Positions 50,201 to 62,523 of a stretch of 64,000 nt of DNA are shown here, piece after piece. The DNA lies in NCBI GenBank assembly GCA_958009085.1, contig OY253683.1, positions 62,001 to 126,000 of the forward strand, read 5' to 3'. A program made the translations under genes and the position numbers. Source of the DNA: Protoeuglena noctilucae. Taxonomy: Eukaryota. The notes under the pieces are model-generated. The model made no database searches. It was given only the letters and a program-made list of their open reading frames with translations, and was not told where the DNA came from. The first letter of the stretch is position 1; every line of letters starts with the position of its first letter.

Positions 50201-53200
50201 TGCTCGACGTCCGAGCCGGCCGCACCTGCGCCCCGCCCTCCAGCGACCCGCCCGTGCGCGCGAGGATCTCCGAGGGGCCCAGCTCCAGGCACACCACCCG
50301 CAGCATCGCCGCGCCCTCCCACACGTACCGCCCCGTGGCCTTGCCCTTCTCGTCCAGCACTTCCGTACGCACCAGGCCCACCCCGGCCGCCAGCGTCTCC
50401 AGCGATTGCGCGTGCGCCCCGCCAAACACTCCCTCGGCGTCCAGCCCGTCTACCACGAAGCCCTCTTTGTACTTGTCGCCCCGCAGCACCGCGGGCAGCA
50501 CCCGTGCCGCCACCTCGGGCGCCACCCCCTCGAAGGCGCCTGATCCGGCCACCCGCGCGTTCATCACCGCCACGACGCGCTCGCAGGCCTCCGCCAGCGC
50601 CACCGCGGCCGCGCGCTCCTCGGGCGCCACCCCGGGCGCCCCTTCCTCCGGGATGCTCACAGTCAGCTCGCTGGCCTCCTCCACCAGCGACGCCACCGTC
50701 ACCCGGGGCACGCCGTACCGCTCCGCCAGCTTGCGCGCGAGCGTCGAGCGCCCGCTGCCGGGCGGCCCGGTCACCACCAGGTACAGAGCCCGGGACTTGG
50801 GGTCCTCGGGAGCTGCCTCGAGCTCGCCCACCCCCGCCGCCGACACCGGGGTGCGGCCGCGGTCGGCCTCGCCCAGGCCGGCGTCGCCCTCCCCGGCAGC
50901 GCCGGACACGACAGCGCGCTTGGCGCCCACTGCGGGGCTCGCCTGCCGCGACGCCCCCGGCTGGGCCGTGCCTGGCGCCTCTGCCTGGGTCCTCTGCTGC
51001 TCCGCGTCCGCCTGGCGCTGCTGCTTGACCTGCGACGACACAGAGGCGTGGGTTCGATGTTTGAACTAGCTTAGATGGCTGCATGGTGCCACCCCACTCC
51101 TGCAGCGCCATGCACCCGCCGTTTGACTCATAGTGACTAGAGACCCGACACACTCGGAGTCTCCCTCACCTGCTCGGCCATCTGCCGGTACTCTGGCCAG
51201 AACTCCTGCCCCGGCAGCCTGGGCCTGGCGAGGAACTGCCCGTGCTCGTTGTATGTGGGCAGCAGCTGCAGACACTCCTCCTCCTCGCGGTACTTGCTGT
51301 CCATGTCCAGTGAGAAGACCTCAATGGGGAAGTCGCAGGGGTTGAAGAGCTCAACGCGGGCGCGGTTGGGTACCTGGTTGTCGAGGCCGTCCTGCGTGGG
51401 GTGGACAGAGAGGCGACGCATGGACAGGCGCGGTGGGAAGGGATCGTTGCAGCATTGTCGCATGCCACGTGAAGGTGCCGTGGGCTGTCATGGGGGGGTG
51501 CTGGGCTGTGCGGTGCGGTGCATAAGCGGTGCAGGGTATGTGCGGCGCTGGGTATACACAGAAGCACAACGCATGCGCGGCGATGCACATGCCACGCACC
51601 CTTGCGGGCAGGATGGCTCCCAGGTGGAGCGACGACACGGACAGCGCGGCGTTGACCGAGTACCCGTGGCCCTGGCAGACCAGGACGACCTGCTTGGAGT
51701 TGTGCGCGATGCGGATGGGGATCTTTTGGTGGTAGGGCGACTCGCGGCCCCTGGCGGGCGTGAACACCACCCGCATGTTGGTGTAGTCCCCCGGGGGCAG
51801 CGTCCCTGAGTCAGGCTCGCAGGTGAAGAAGTGCCAGTCCGTGTCGCCTTCCATGGGCTTCTTAACGTGCCAGTCGCAGGGCACCTCGCGGGGGTTGTGC
51901 AGCTGCACCGTCACGGCCTGCGGGGGGCGACGCGAGGGGCGTGGCGTGAGCGTTGGCAAGACGGCCGGAGCGCAGACGGCGAGCGGCAATTATGAGGGCA
52001 ACCCGTGGTCGACAGAGCACGTCAGTCGACACTGCGGGACTCAGGGAGCGGTGGTACCAGGGCCAGAGCGGATGCAACCAACACCCCCGCCCACCCCACA
52101 CCCTCCACCCCTTGGCTGATCTCCAAGCAGCCACGCACCTTGCAGTGCCCCGCCTGCACGGCGCCAAAGTCCAGCTGGTCCCGGTAAAGCTGCAGCTCGG
52201 GAATAACCACGTTCCCGCGGATGGTGACGAGGACGGCCGGGCCCGTCTTCACGTCGACCGGCACCGTGCACTGCGTGGGCCCCACGGGCAGCAGCGCCGT
52301 GTCGAGGGTGAGGGAGAAGTTGGCGACGGAAAACTCCGCGAGCTTCAGGATCTTCTCGGGCTCCATGGACATGCCGTGGGCCTGCAGGAGCCTTCGGTCG
52401 ACCGACAGCGACAGGGGCACGGGGGCCGTGTTCTGCAGTCGGAACTTTCGGGTCTTGGTGGTGCCCTTGGTGACGTGGCCCAGGTCCAAGAGGTAGTGCG
52501 CGACGACCACGAGGGGCCGCTTGGGGCCCTGGGACCCCTGGGAGACGAGGCTCTTGGCGGACGCCTCTGCCGGTGGGAGCAGCTCCGTCGCGGCCGTGCG
52601 GTCGGTCAGGATCTGGCACAGGCTGATGCGGTCCGCCTCCATGTCGACCTCCAGCGGCGTCGGCTCGTAAGGCGCGCCCAGGTGTCCTTCGATCTCGCCA
52701 CCAGCGCCCTCCGCCAGGGAAAGCGACGGGCGGCCCCGGAGCGTGCCGGCCGTTCCGGGCCCGGCCGTGCTCATCCCGCGCCCGCGCGCCATGGTCCCCG
52801 TGGCGCGGCCCATCGCGGCGGCGTCCGCCGGGTGCAGCCTCGGCCCGCCCTTGGCCAGGGACTCCCTGGCAGAGTCGCGCAGGGCACGGAAGCCGCCCTC
52901 GTCTAAGCGCGGCAGGGTGAGGAGCACTCCCTGGAAGGTGCCCTCCCCGACGACCCGGATGACCTCGGGCTCGCAGTGCGCCACCTCCAGGACCACCTGA
53001 ACGCGTGTGCGGGAGACGGGTGTCACACATATCGAAGGGGCGTGTCAGCAAGCGGCGCTCGCTGGGCCCGACCTCTGCGTGCGCTCTGTGCCAGCTCGCA
53101 GCCTCACCTCCTCCATGATGCGGTCGGGGATGCCCGGAGTGATCTTGAGCTTGATGAAGTCCTTGTGGCCCGGGCCGACCGTGCCGGTGAGGGAGCTGGC

Positions 53201-56200
53201 CGTGACGACGTTGGGCCGCGTGAGGCGGGACAAGTTGACCACGTAGTTGAATGGCACGCGACCCGTGTTCTGCAAATCGCAACGGAGAGAGAGTTTGGGC
53301 TTGTGTCAGCGAGAGGCAGGCTCTCCACGCAAGCGCCCCGAACTGGGATTACTGTGCGCGTCAGCCATAGCCACCGCAACGCATCCACACGACACGTCAA
53401 CCACCCATCCCGCCCTCGCCCGTCACGCACCTGCAAGCAGACCTCCGTGTCGATGGCCCGATTGTACTGCTGCCGACCAATGTCGACGTGGTGGCGGTCA
53501 ATGGAGAAGCGGATGTGGGAGGACTCCGCACTGAGCCGGACCTCGTAGGAGGGACCACCCGTGACATTGCACACGGCCCAGCAGGACGAGCATGCGTTGG
53601 GGTTGGCGTAGTACGTCGCCTCGATGCGCTCGCTCGCGCCGGGCGCCAACGTGCCGTGCACCGGCAGAATGTCGAACACCTCCCCGGGCGGCAGGTACAC
53701 GGGCCCCTGCTTGCGCTCTTTCACGTCCTCCTCCGGCTGCATCGCCAACGACCATTCGTAGGCCGCGGGGACGCTGGAGACGTTGGTGATGGTGAAGTAG
53801 CGGCGCTCCAACGTGTCTGTCAGGACACAGCCGAAGTCGAGCGTGTCCACTTGCACCTTGAGGTTCGGGAAGTTGATCTCGCCCACTAAATCGACCTGGT
53901 CGCGGTGGGGGCAGTCCAGGTACGAGATCTGCAGCGACGGAGAGGAGGGGCTGTGTGAATGGGGCAGACCAGACCGCATGCGAAGGGTACTGTGCGTGTG
54001 ACACCATCCCAACACGACCTGCTCTGCCCTGCCACCGCCATCCTAACCCGGACATCGCACCGCCCGCCAGCACCCCAGCCCCGCCATCCACTCGCCTGCA
54101 GCTTCCCCGCCACGACCGCCGACTGTTTGTCGGTGCGGAACCCCGGGTCGAACTCGACCACGAGCTCCTCGTCCTGCCCCGGCTCCAGCAGCATCTCCAG
54201 CTTGCTGAGCGTGAAGGGCGGCAGCGTCTTGAGCATCAGGGTGAGGGGGATCTCCGTGACGTTCCGCAACGTCAGGGCCGACTCCATCGGCGCCAGAATT
54301 GAGTCCTCGGACCACATGTACGTGAAGGTGAGCTTGTTCGAGGACAGCTCGAGCAGCGGCTGCGTGCACTCGGCCCGGAAGTCCGCCTTGAAGATGTCCT
54401 TGGTCACGTTGCCCATGCTGGCGCGGAGGTGCACGCGCTCCGTGAAGACGCCCTGCGCCGTGGACAGGCCGGACACCAGCACCATCTGCGCGAACGAAGG
54501 GAGATATATGAGCTGAGAGGGTTGCAGGGAGGGTTAGCGCTGCTCAGAGGGCAAAAGCGGTCGGGGCGCGTCAAACGCTGGTGAGCACTGCACCCCTCGC
54601 ACCTGCGTCTGCCGGGGGTTGATGATGCACCGATCGGGGGTGAAGGAGAAGACGACCTCCGGCACATCCTCCGTCTCGGCGCCTTTCGGCGCCGCACCAC
54701 CCGCCTGGGAGCCTGCCACGCCCACGGTCGCAGTGGCCGCGTTGGTCGCCCCCGCCCCGTTGGCCCCGGCCGTGGCGCCCGCGTTGGTCCCGGAGAGCAC
54801 CGACCCCGACGGCTCTTCGTCCGGCGTCCGCTTCTTCTTGCTCTGCTTCTGCTTGATCATCTTGCTGATCACGTCCTTCATCGTGTTGTGCCACAACACA
54901 GTCTGGGGGCGGCGGCCCATGTTCCGCAGCACCACCTGCGCCTCGAAGGGACGCCCCACGAGCTGCTTCCCGAAGTCCAAAACGTCCTCCACCCCCTCCA
55001 CCACGATGCAGGTGCCCGTGCCGACCGCCTGGAGCGGCACTGACACATCGTCCCCGTCCTGCGGAAAAGACGATCGAATTGGATGCAATCAGATCGGACA
55101 TCGGTCAAATAGAGCACTGGTTATGGTCACGTTGACGACGCGCCGGGCCCGCAGCGTCGGCAGGGACGGGCCAATCGGGCGACGCTTGTCGATGTCGTAA
55201 CAATCCATCTATTGCCACAACAGATGTCTGGACATGGCAATGGCAGCCCCGCACGTCGCCGTCGCTCACCTGCACGAGCACGTGCAGGAGGTCGGTGAAC
55301 TTGCGTGTGTCGTCCATCGTGCACATGACGTCGACGGCCAGGGTGGCCCCCGGCTGCAGCAGCCCCTCGCGGGGGCTGATGCTGAACACGGAGGTGGGGC
55401 TCTCGACGAAAGCCTTAAAGGAGGCCGGGACGGGGCAGGGGTTGAAGATGTTCAGCACGCGGGTGTTGGCCCGCAGCACCGGGCAGGACCCGAAGTCGAG
55501 GTGCGCGCGCGTGGACCGCTTTTCCTTCGGCTGGTCTGCCTGGAAGAACTCGAGGGCCGGGCCGATCGAGCGGGCGCTCATGACGCACTCGAGAGGGTCG
55601 GCGTCGGACCCGAAGATGCGGATGCGCACGGGAAGCTGCATGCGGCCGCGGCGCGCTGTGGACAGCACGACCGTCACGGCCGTCTGGCCCATCGCGGGTA
55701 CGCCGCCCAGCGCGGGCTCGCAGCGGATCGACCCGAGGTTCTTCGACTGGTCGTCCTGGGGCAGTACCTGCGGGGGAAGCGGGGTGGCTGGGGTGGGCTG
55801 GCTGTCGGTGCAGGTGCTTGCATGTGGCCGGTGGCGTGGCAGGCATGCATCGGCACAAGGCACCCCGTCGCATGGCACTCGGACAAAGCGCGACGCGACT
55901 CGCCTCGAACTTGGCCGGGAGCTGGCTCTCGTTGACGAGGGTGATGGTCTGCTTGTAGGGGAACTGCAGGAAGCAGTCGCCATAGTCGATGTTGTCGCGG
56001 TTGAGTTTGATGCCGGGGACGAAGCTCTGGGCCCGGATGGGGATGCTCTGCAGCTGCCGTCCGACGCCAGGGACGTCCACTGGGTGAGGAGGGAGAGGGT
56101 GGTGGCTGGTCAGACACACCAGGCACGGCTCAGCACGTGCGGCAGACCAGACGTAACATGTGATGGGAGGCACTGAGGAGATGGCTTGGAGTCTCTCACC

Positions 56201-59012
56201 GAAGAGGGTGTTGGCGTAGTTGGCGACCCTCTGGGACACGAACTCGACGGCGATGTTGACGCTCTTGTGCGCCTGGAGGACCCCCGAGGCGGGCGCGATG
56301 TGGAACTCCGGGTTCGATGTGTCCCTCTCCCGGTTGACGTACAGGGAGTAGCGCATGGGGATGTCGCAGGTGTTGGAGAGCAGGACGGTCTTGGTGTACT
56401 TGAACCCGAACGACACAGAGCCGAAATCGATCTCCTCGCAGTTGAGCGTGAAGGACGGCCCCACCACCTGCCCCCGGAAGTCGAGCGTGAGGGGCCGGGA
56501 GGACCCCACGACCTCGCAGAGGAACGTCTCGGCAAATTCCCCGAGCGTGTCGGACAAAAAGCGGCACTGGAGGACCTGGACCGTCTCCGGGGCCACCGTG
56601 CCGCTCGAGGGGTGGAATTCGAACATGCGGCCGAAGAAGGTGTCCGGGCGCACCAGGCGGAACTCCGCGGGCACCTCCCCTCGGTTGTGCAGCTCCACCT
56701 GCGCAGCGAGGGGCGGAGGGGTGCTGGTGAGGTCCCAAGGCATGCCTGTACCGCAACGCACTGCAATGCACCGCAACGAAGATGCGCAGTTGCCCCAATT
56801 ACTCCCGTTACCGCTCAAGGAACCCGACGCATCATAGCTGCTCGCACATAGATCCCAGGCACATGCTACCGTGCAAAGCATCGATGTCTAGTGCAAGTAC
56901 GGTCTCACCTCGTACTGGTGCACGGTGTGGACGAACGTGTCGCCCACGTCCAGCACGTCGTACGAGAACATGGCCTTGGGGCCCAGCCCCGAGCCCCGCA
57001 GCACCATGGGCAGCCGGCTGGCGCGTCCCGTGATGTCCAGGAAGGCCGTGGACATGTACTCCGAGTGGCGCTTGGGCGTGAACTGCACCGTCACCTCCAC
57101 CTCGCCCCCGGACCATATCGTGCCCTCCAGGGGCGTGATGCGGAAGAACTGCGAGCGTTGCGTGGCGAGAGAGTCGTCGATTGGGTCGGGACAGATGCCG
57201 ACAAGCCCGCTAGATGGGGCGCGTGGGCCGTGCGGAGAGAGCGGGACTGAACCGCGGACGAGAGCGCGTTAGAGAATACAAGTATAGAAGAGCATCGATT
57301 TGCACCTCGGCCTGGAAGAGGGGCTTCTCCGTGAGCATCGCCCGGCGCTGGCGCTTGAGGGTGCGGGCGGTGCTGACCAGCTGCGACGAGAGGATCCTGT
57401 CCTCCTCGTCGGAACTGCGACGAGTCGGGAGAGGTCGACTTTGACGAAGCTCGCGACAGGCAGCGGGCGGTCGATTTGATGGCGGCAAATGTGCAGCCAC
57501 ATGTCGTCGCATGATCAGGACCACCGCACCTGGCCCCGTAGTTGCGCGGCACGAAATCGGAGTCCCTGCCGAGCATCGCTTCCGGCAGGGCCCGCTGGTC
57601 GCCCGTGGCCGACTGCTGCGTCTCGTAAAGCCGCGAGATCTTGTTGGTCGTCGCCTCGGCGTCCATCACCTCCGTGGCGTACTGGCGGAAGGAGAACCTG
57701 ACGACCGTGTCCGATCGGTTGTAGATCTTAAACGTCTTCTGCGAGACCTTGTTCATGTAGGTCGGGAGCAGCTGCACCTCCTGCGTCGACACCTCCACGT
57801 CCACCTCGTGCCCCCGCCCGACCAGGCGCGTGGCCGTGATGCGCCCGGACTCGTAGCAGAGCTCGAGTTCTCCCTCCACGACCCCGCTGCTCTCGGGGCA
57901 GAAGGTGATGGTGCACTGCAGGGACTCCCCGGGTGACAGCTGGCCCTCCGAAGGGACCACCAGGAACCCCGAGGACGTCTGCATCGTGAACAGGGCCTGG
58001 CTGTTGCCCACGTTGGACACCTGCAGCGGCGGGGCGGCGGGCGGTCGGAGCGCGCGGCCGGCGGAGGCGCAGCGGAGCGGCGAGTCACGCGTGCCACGCC
58101 CGCACCTGGAATGTCCTTTTGACCTCGCTCTTGCACGGGACGGACTCGAACTCAATCACGTCCGGCACGTCCAGCGCCGGCTGCTGGCCCTGGGCGCGGA
58201 TGGGCACCACGAACTTCTCCCGCTCCGTGCACACGACCAAATCGCACGCGTAGTCGCCCGCCGACACGGGCTTGAAGGTGACGACGTACGCCACCTCCAT
58301 GCCCGGCGCGATCGTCGCGCCGCCCGCGCCGGAGTCCGCCGGCGCCCCCGCCCTCTTGGGCGCGAGCTTCGCCACGGAGAAGTAGGGGCTGTGCGGCGGG
58401 AGGACCTTGACGCGCCGGCCCACCGTGTCGTTGTTGCGCAGGTACAGGACGCTTTCGTACGTTTGGAAAGGCTCGTACCCGGAGAAGTGCACCGCGGTGG
58501 GGAAGGGCTGGAAAATGGGCTCCCCGACCGGCACGGTGCACTCGACATGGTGGCTGCGGGCATGGCGGAGTGGGGCGCGATGCGGGAGACGCTCGGGACT
58601 CTGCCCGTTCTCGCAGTCATTGGCCTTCGAAACAAATGCTTCGCTGACCCAGTCCAGTCCTCTCCGCACCTGTAATCGGCAATGTTGAGCAGCTCGACGA
58701 TTTTCGGCTTGGAAGAGGTCTTCGACGCCGTCGCCTGCGCCACCGTGCTCTTGCGGTGCACGTCATCGAGGAGGGTGCTGGGCCTGACCTGCGCGTCGCG
58801 GGCAAAGGGCGGCGCGTGAGCCCGCGGAGAGATGGGTCGCCCCGCCACGCCAGCTGATGTCTCGGGCCTCCCGTCACCTTCATCAGCTCCTCCTCCTCGT
58901 CCTCCTGCCCATACATCTTGTACTTCACGACAGTCTTAGGCCGCAGGCGCGTGGCCCGCCACGACGCCCGGCGACCCAACGTCTGGGTGCCGACGCCCTC
59001 TTGATCCCCCAT
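41229..59012 (-). CDS. HYDIN: Hydin, axonemal central-pair protein (tandem ASH/PapD-like Ig domains plus adenylate-kinase-like domain)
   Basis: About 27 exons, roughly 4,600 aa by manual sum. N-terminal FQPFPTAVHFSGYEPF...LYLRNND; many idFG.v...l.N.g...f.p..G.l.pg repeats; P-loop GPPGSGRST at ~50750; LRPWCHFEL; C-terminal WCFYLRAP*. Four GC donors (55903, 54095, 48738, 47878). Confidence 0.93.
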
Positions 59013-59740
59013 GCTGGCAATGCTCCCTTGCCGTCGGCCGCACGAGGCCCCTGCGCAGCGATTTTGAACCGAACAAGTGAGAAATGGGAGCTCTCTGGGG
59101 ATCGGCAGTTGCGCTGGGGCGGCCAGATGGACACGCATGTCAGCAGGTACGCAACCCCGCTGCAACTGCTGTGGATGCGCTGCGGGGCGACAGCGACGCG
59201 CGCGCGCGGTGTTGGGATGAGAAGAATCGGGCAGTGCGCTCCCATCCCTCGGAGCGCTGCGCCGGCCTGCTGACATTTTGAGCAGCGACGCGGCACGGGC
59301 GCCACGCCGCCCTACAGGGCTGAAAGCCCGGCTAGCCTGCACTGCTGCGCCGCTTGAATCTAGAAGGCCGTACAAATGCCCAATGCGATGTCTCACCGGC
59401 GCTATGCCATGCGTGCTTGTGGCAGCCACACCCTATGTCTCGAAACAAACAAGCCCGCTCGTGACGCTAGTGCGGGGGTCAACTACATGCATGCGCTAAA
59501 GTGTTTGCATGCGCTCAGCAGGGCCCCTACGTGTACACGCCCAGTCCGACAAAACAAGCAGTCAGGAAACAGAGGCGCGAAGGGGGCGAGGTTGGGAGGA
59601 TATTGTCGCAAATGCGAAGAACAGAGCCGCAATGTGCGTGGAGACGTATGTGCGTGGCGACGTATGTGGAAGGAAGCTCTCGCGCAGTCCAGCAGCGCAG
59701 GGCGCCGTGGCAGTGGCGCGGCGGGGACCCCGGCGTCCCC

Positions 59741-62416
59741 CTACTCGTCCTGGACGCTCCGTCCCCCGAGCAGCGCAGGGGCGCTGTGGCAGCGGCGCGG
59801 CGGGGAGCCAGGCAAACGCGGCGCCATGGTCCCCAGCGCGAGGCGCAGGGACTCGTCGAAAACCGCGTCGGCCGCCCCCGTCTCCATGTCGCCCTTGCCC
59901 TTGACCCAGACCGTGTCGCGCTGGAAGCGGTCCCGCACGTCGGCGGGCAGCAGCGCCATGGTCTCTGCGGTGACGTGCACGAATCCCGCCGGGCAGGTGG
60001 AGTGCATGCGCGAAGCCAGGTTGACGGTGTCGCCCGTCAGCGTCAGGAAGTTGCGCGTGTGTCCGATAACCCCCGCAGCCACGGGCCCCGTGTGCATCCC
60101 GATGAGCAGCGACAGGCCTTGCGGGAAGGGCCTCGCCTCCTCGATGGTTTCGGGCGCGTCGATCCACGACGCCACGGCCGCCAGGTCGAACGCGGCGCGC
60201 AGGGCGGACGTGGCGTGGTCCGCGTCGTCCTCCACCAGATTGGCGCAGGCGATGTAGGCGTCCCCCACGGTGGCCAGCGTGGCGAGGCCGTGGCGCGCCA
60301 TCACGTCGTCAGCGCGGGCGAAGAAGGCGTGGAGCAGGTGCAGGGCCGGGGTGGCGTCCTCGACGGCCGACAGTTTGTCGATGCCGTGGATGCTGGCGAA
60401 GAGCACCGTGACGCGGTCGTACTGCCGGTAGTAGACGAGCCGGCAGGGGCCGGCGGGGGCCGCGTCGCGCGCGTCCGGTTGGTCCATGCTCGCCTGGGCC
60501 GTCAGGACTTCGACCTGCTCGTCGATGGCGGTGGCCAGGGACGGCCGCACGTCGTGTCGGCCCGAGAGGGCGCCGGAGTCGGCGGAGATAGCGTGGACCC
60601 ACCCCGACGGCGACGTCGGGGAGTGGAAGGGCGTCGGCATGTCGTGGGCAGTGGTCGTGCGCGACAGAGACCCGGGGGCCCTGCCGTCCCCGGACCGGCC
60701 TTGGCAAGTGCCGCACGTCCTCGCGCGGATGCGCTCGTTGATGAGGGCCCGGGCAACCTCGTTGGGCACGAAGCGCTCCAGCACTTGCTCGCGGTCGGCG
60801 ACCATGGCTGCGGTGCGCAGCTGGCTGTGCCCGGACGACAGCAGGCCCAGCGTGACCACCAGCATCGGGTCCATGACCGTGTCCTGCCCCGTCGTGAGGC
60901 GGTAGATGCACACGGTCAGCAGGAGGTACGCTGCGGGCGGCGGAAGCGAGCGCTGCGAGTGGCGCATGCCGACCTTCGCCGTCGCTGTGCTGTGGATCGC
61001 GAGCACCTCACCGATCCAGGGCACCACCGACTCGATCATGCGGCTTCCCGCCACCACCTCGTACACGTAGACGCAGTAGGCCCAGTTGAGGCGGTCCAGC
61101 CACGACTCCTCTGGGTTGCGCCGGCCCTCTTCCCACATCTGGCGCCGCGCCCTGACCTCCGCGCCCGGCGGCGGGTGCCAACAGAAGCCATACAGCGGCA
61201 CTAGCAGGGTGCGGTTGAGGAGGTCCACGATGGATCCACCCAGGACGTACTTGGTGAAACCCCAGCGCCAGGCGACCGCGTAGGTGAGGGAGCCGTTCTC
61301 AGCCAGGAATTGGAAGACGTAGCAGGCGACGACGTTGAAACAGAGCTGCGGAAATGGAGATGGCGGGCGTCTCGGGTGGATGGGGTATGGGCGGGCGGTG
61401 AACAGCACACAAATGTGCTGCATAGGCGGGTCATTGCTTGCTCTTCATCTCGCTCACCCTATGGTCGCCGCGCGAGAAGATGAGCAGCGCCATGGCCGTA
61501 GCGGAGGCGTGGCCGACGTGAATGATGGACAGGGCTGAGAGGCGCGTGTTGTACCGCCACACGCGCGCCCCGGCGATCTTGCTCAGGCCGCGAAGGAAGA
61601 CAATGAGGCTGCGGGGTCAGGGAGGTGACGTGGCGCGTTCATCGCTTTAAAGCACGGTGTCCCGCTTGTGAGCCACCGCAGCACACGCCTGAGGTACTGG
61701 CCCCTGTAGCGCATCATGAAGGCGCTGGTCGAGCGGTGCAGGTACGCGACCGTGCCCGTCACGACCAGCAGGACCGTCATCGCGACGATGAGCGCCACGG
61801 CCCGGCACTCCAGCTTGACCTGCGCCGACCGAGGAGTGGGCCAAGCAGTCACACGTGCTTCGGGATGCAGAGACGGTCTTGCCTGCGCCACTCGCCTTGT
61901 CGCAGACGTCCGGATCGACGCAGGGGCCGTAGGTGAGAGAGTAGTGGAACCACGGTACATAGATGATGCAGATGGCGCTCAGGAAAGCCATGCGCGCCGG
62001 AGTATCCATTACCATGTTCAAGCCCTCCTTGATGAAGGCACAGGAAGCTCCTGGGGGAATAAAAACCCTCTTTGATGAAAGTTTTAGAAGCATATAGAAG
62101 AGACAATGCCGGCTGCGTCGTAATCGAGCGGCTCCATCGCGGCTCAATCGCGGGCCGAGCTTTCTCGACGGCCCCGCCTCTGCCGCTCACGTTTGAGCCA
62201 GCAGGTGACGTGATCCCACACATGGCGCAAAGAACGCGCCATTCTGAGCCAGTAACAGGGTGGCTTGGGCTCGAAGGGGGCTCGGGAGCCGCCGGGCAGC
62301 CAACACGTCTTCAGCAGTTGAGGAGGGGTGCTGCTTAGTCCGTGGTGGCATCTGCGGCGACCGGAGGCCTCCACCGGCGCCTTCATAAGAATAATGTCGC
62401 TTCGATGCACCCACAT
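59741..62416 (-). CDS. Multi-pass membrane protein with a C-terminal class III nucleotidyl cyclase domain (degenerate active site)
   Basis: Hydrophobic exons, then S-helix-like EQVLERFVPNEVARAL and cyclase core VTVLFASIHG...TVGDAY...IGMHTGPVAAGVIG...GDTVNLASRMHS...VKGKGDMET. Start ATG is 62416 or 62386. One GC donor (61895). Confidence 0.85.
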
Positions 62417-62523
62417 CTAAGGTCCCCCTTTCAAGTGGCGGTCTACAGCAGCGTTTCAGTCATTTTCCTACAAGCCAAGCCAGGGCGCTCCTCGCAACAT
62501 CAAGCGAACTGACCGCCGTCAGC

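Noticed and set aside
49797..51029. Apparent standalone P-loop/adenylate-kinase-like ORF
   Set aside because: It is an internal exon of Hydin flanked by in-frame splice sites, and Hydin is known to contain an adenylate-kinase-like domain.
41278..61204. Many long plus-strand ORFs (e.g. 45011-46738, 47093-48703, 59501-61204) and other overlapping ORFs across the window
   Set aside because: They are antisense or alternative-frame shadows of real GC3-rich exons (Hydin, cyclase, CPOX, RNR1). High GC makes stop codons rare, and they carry no recognisable motifs.
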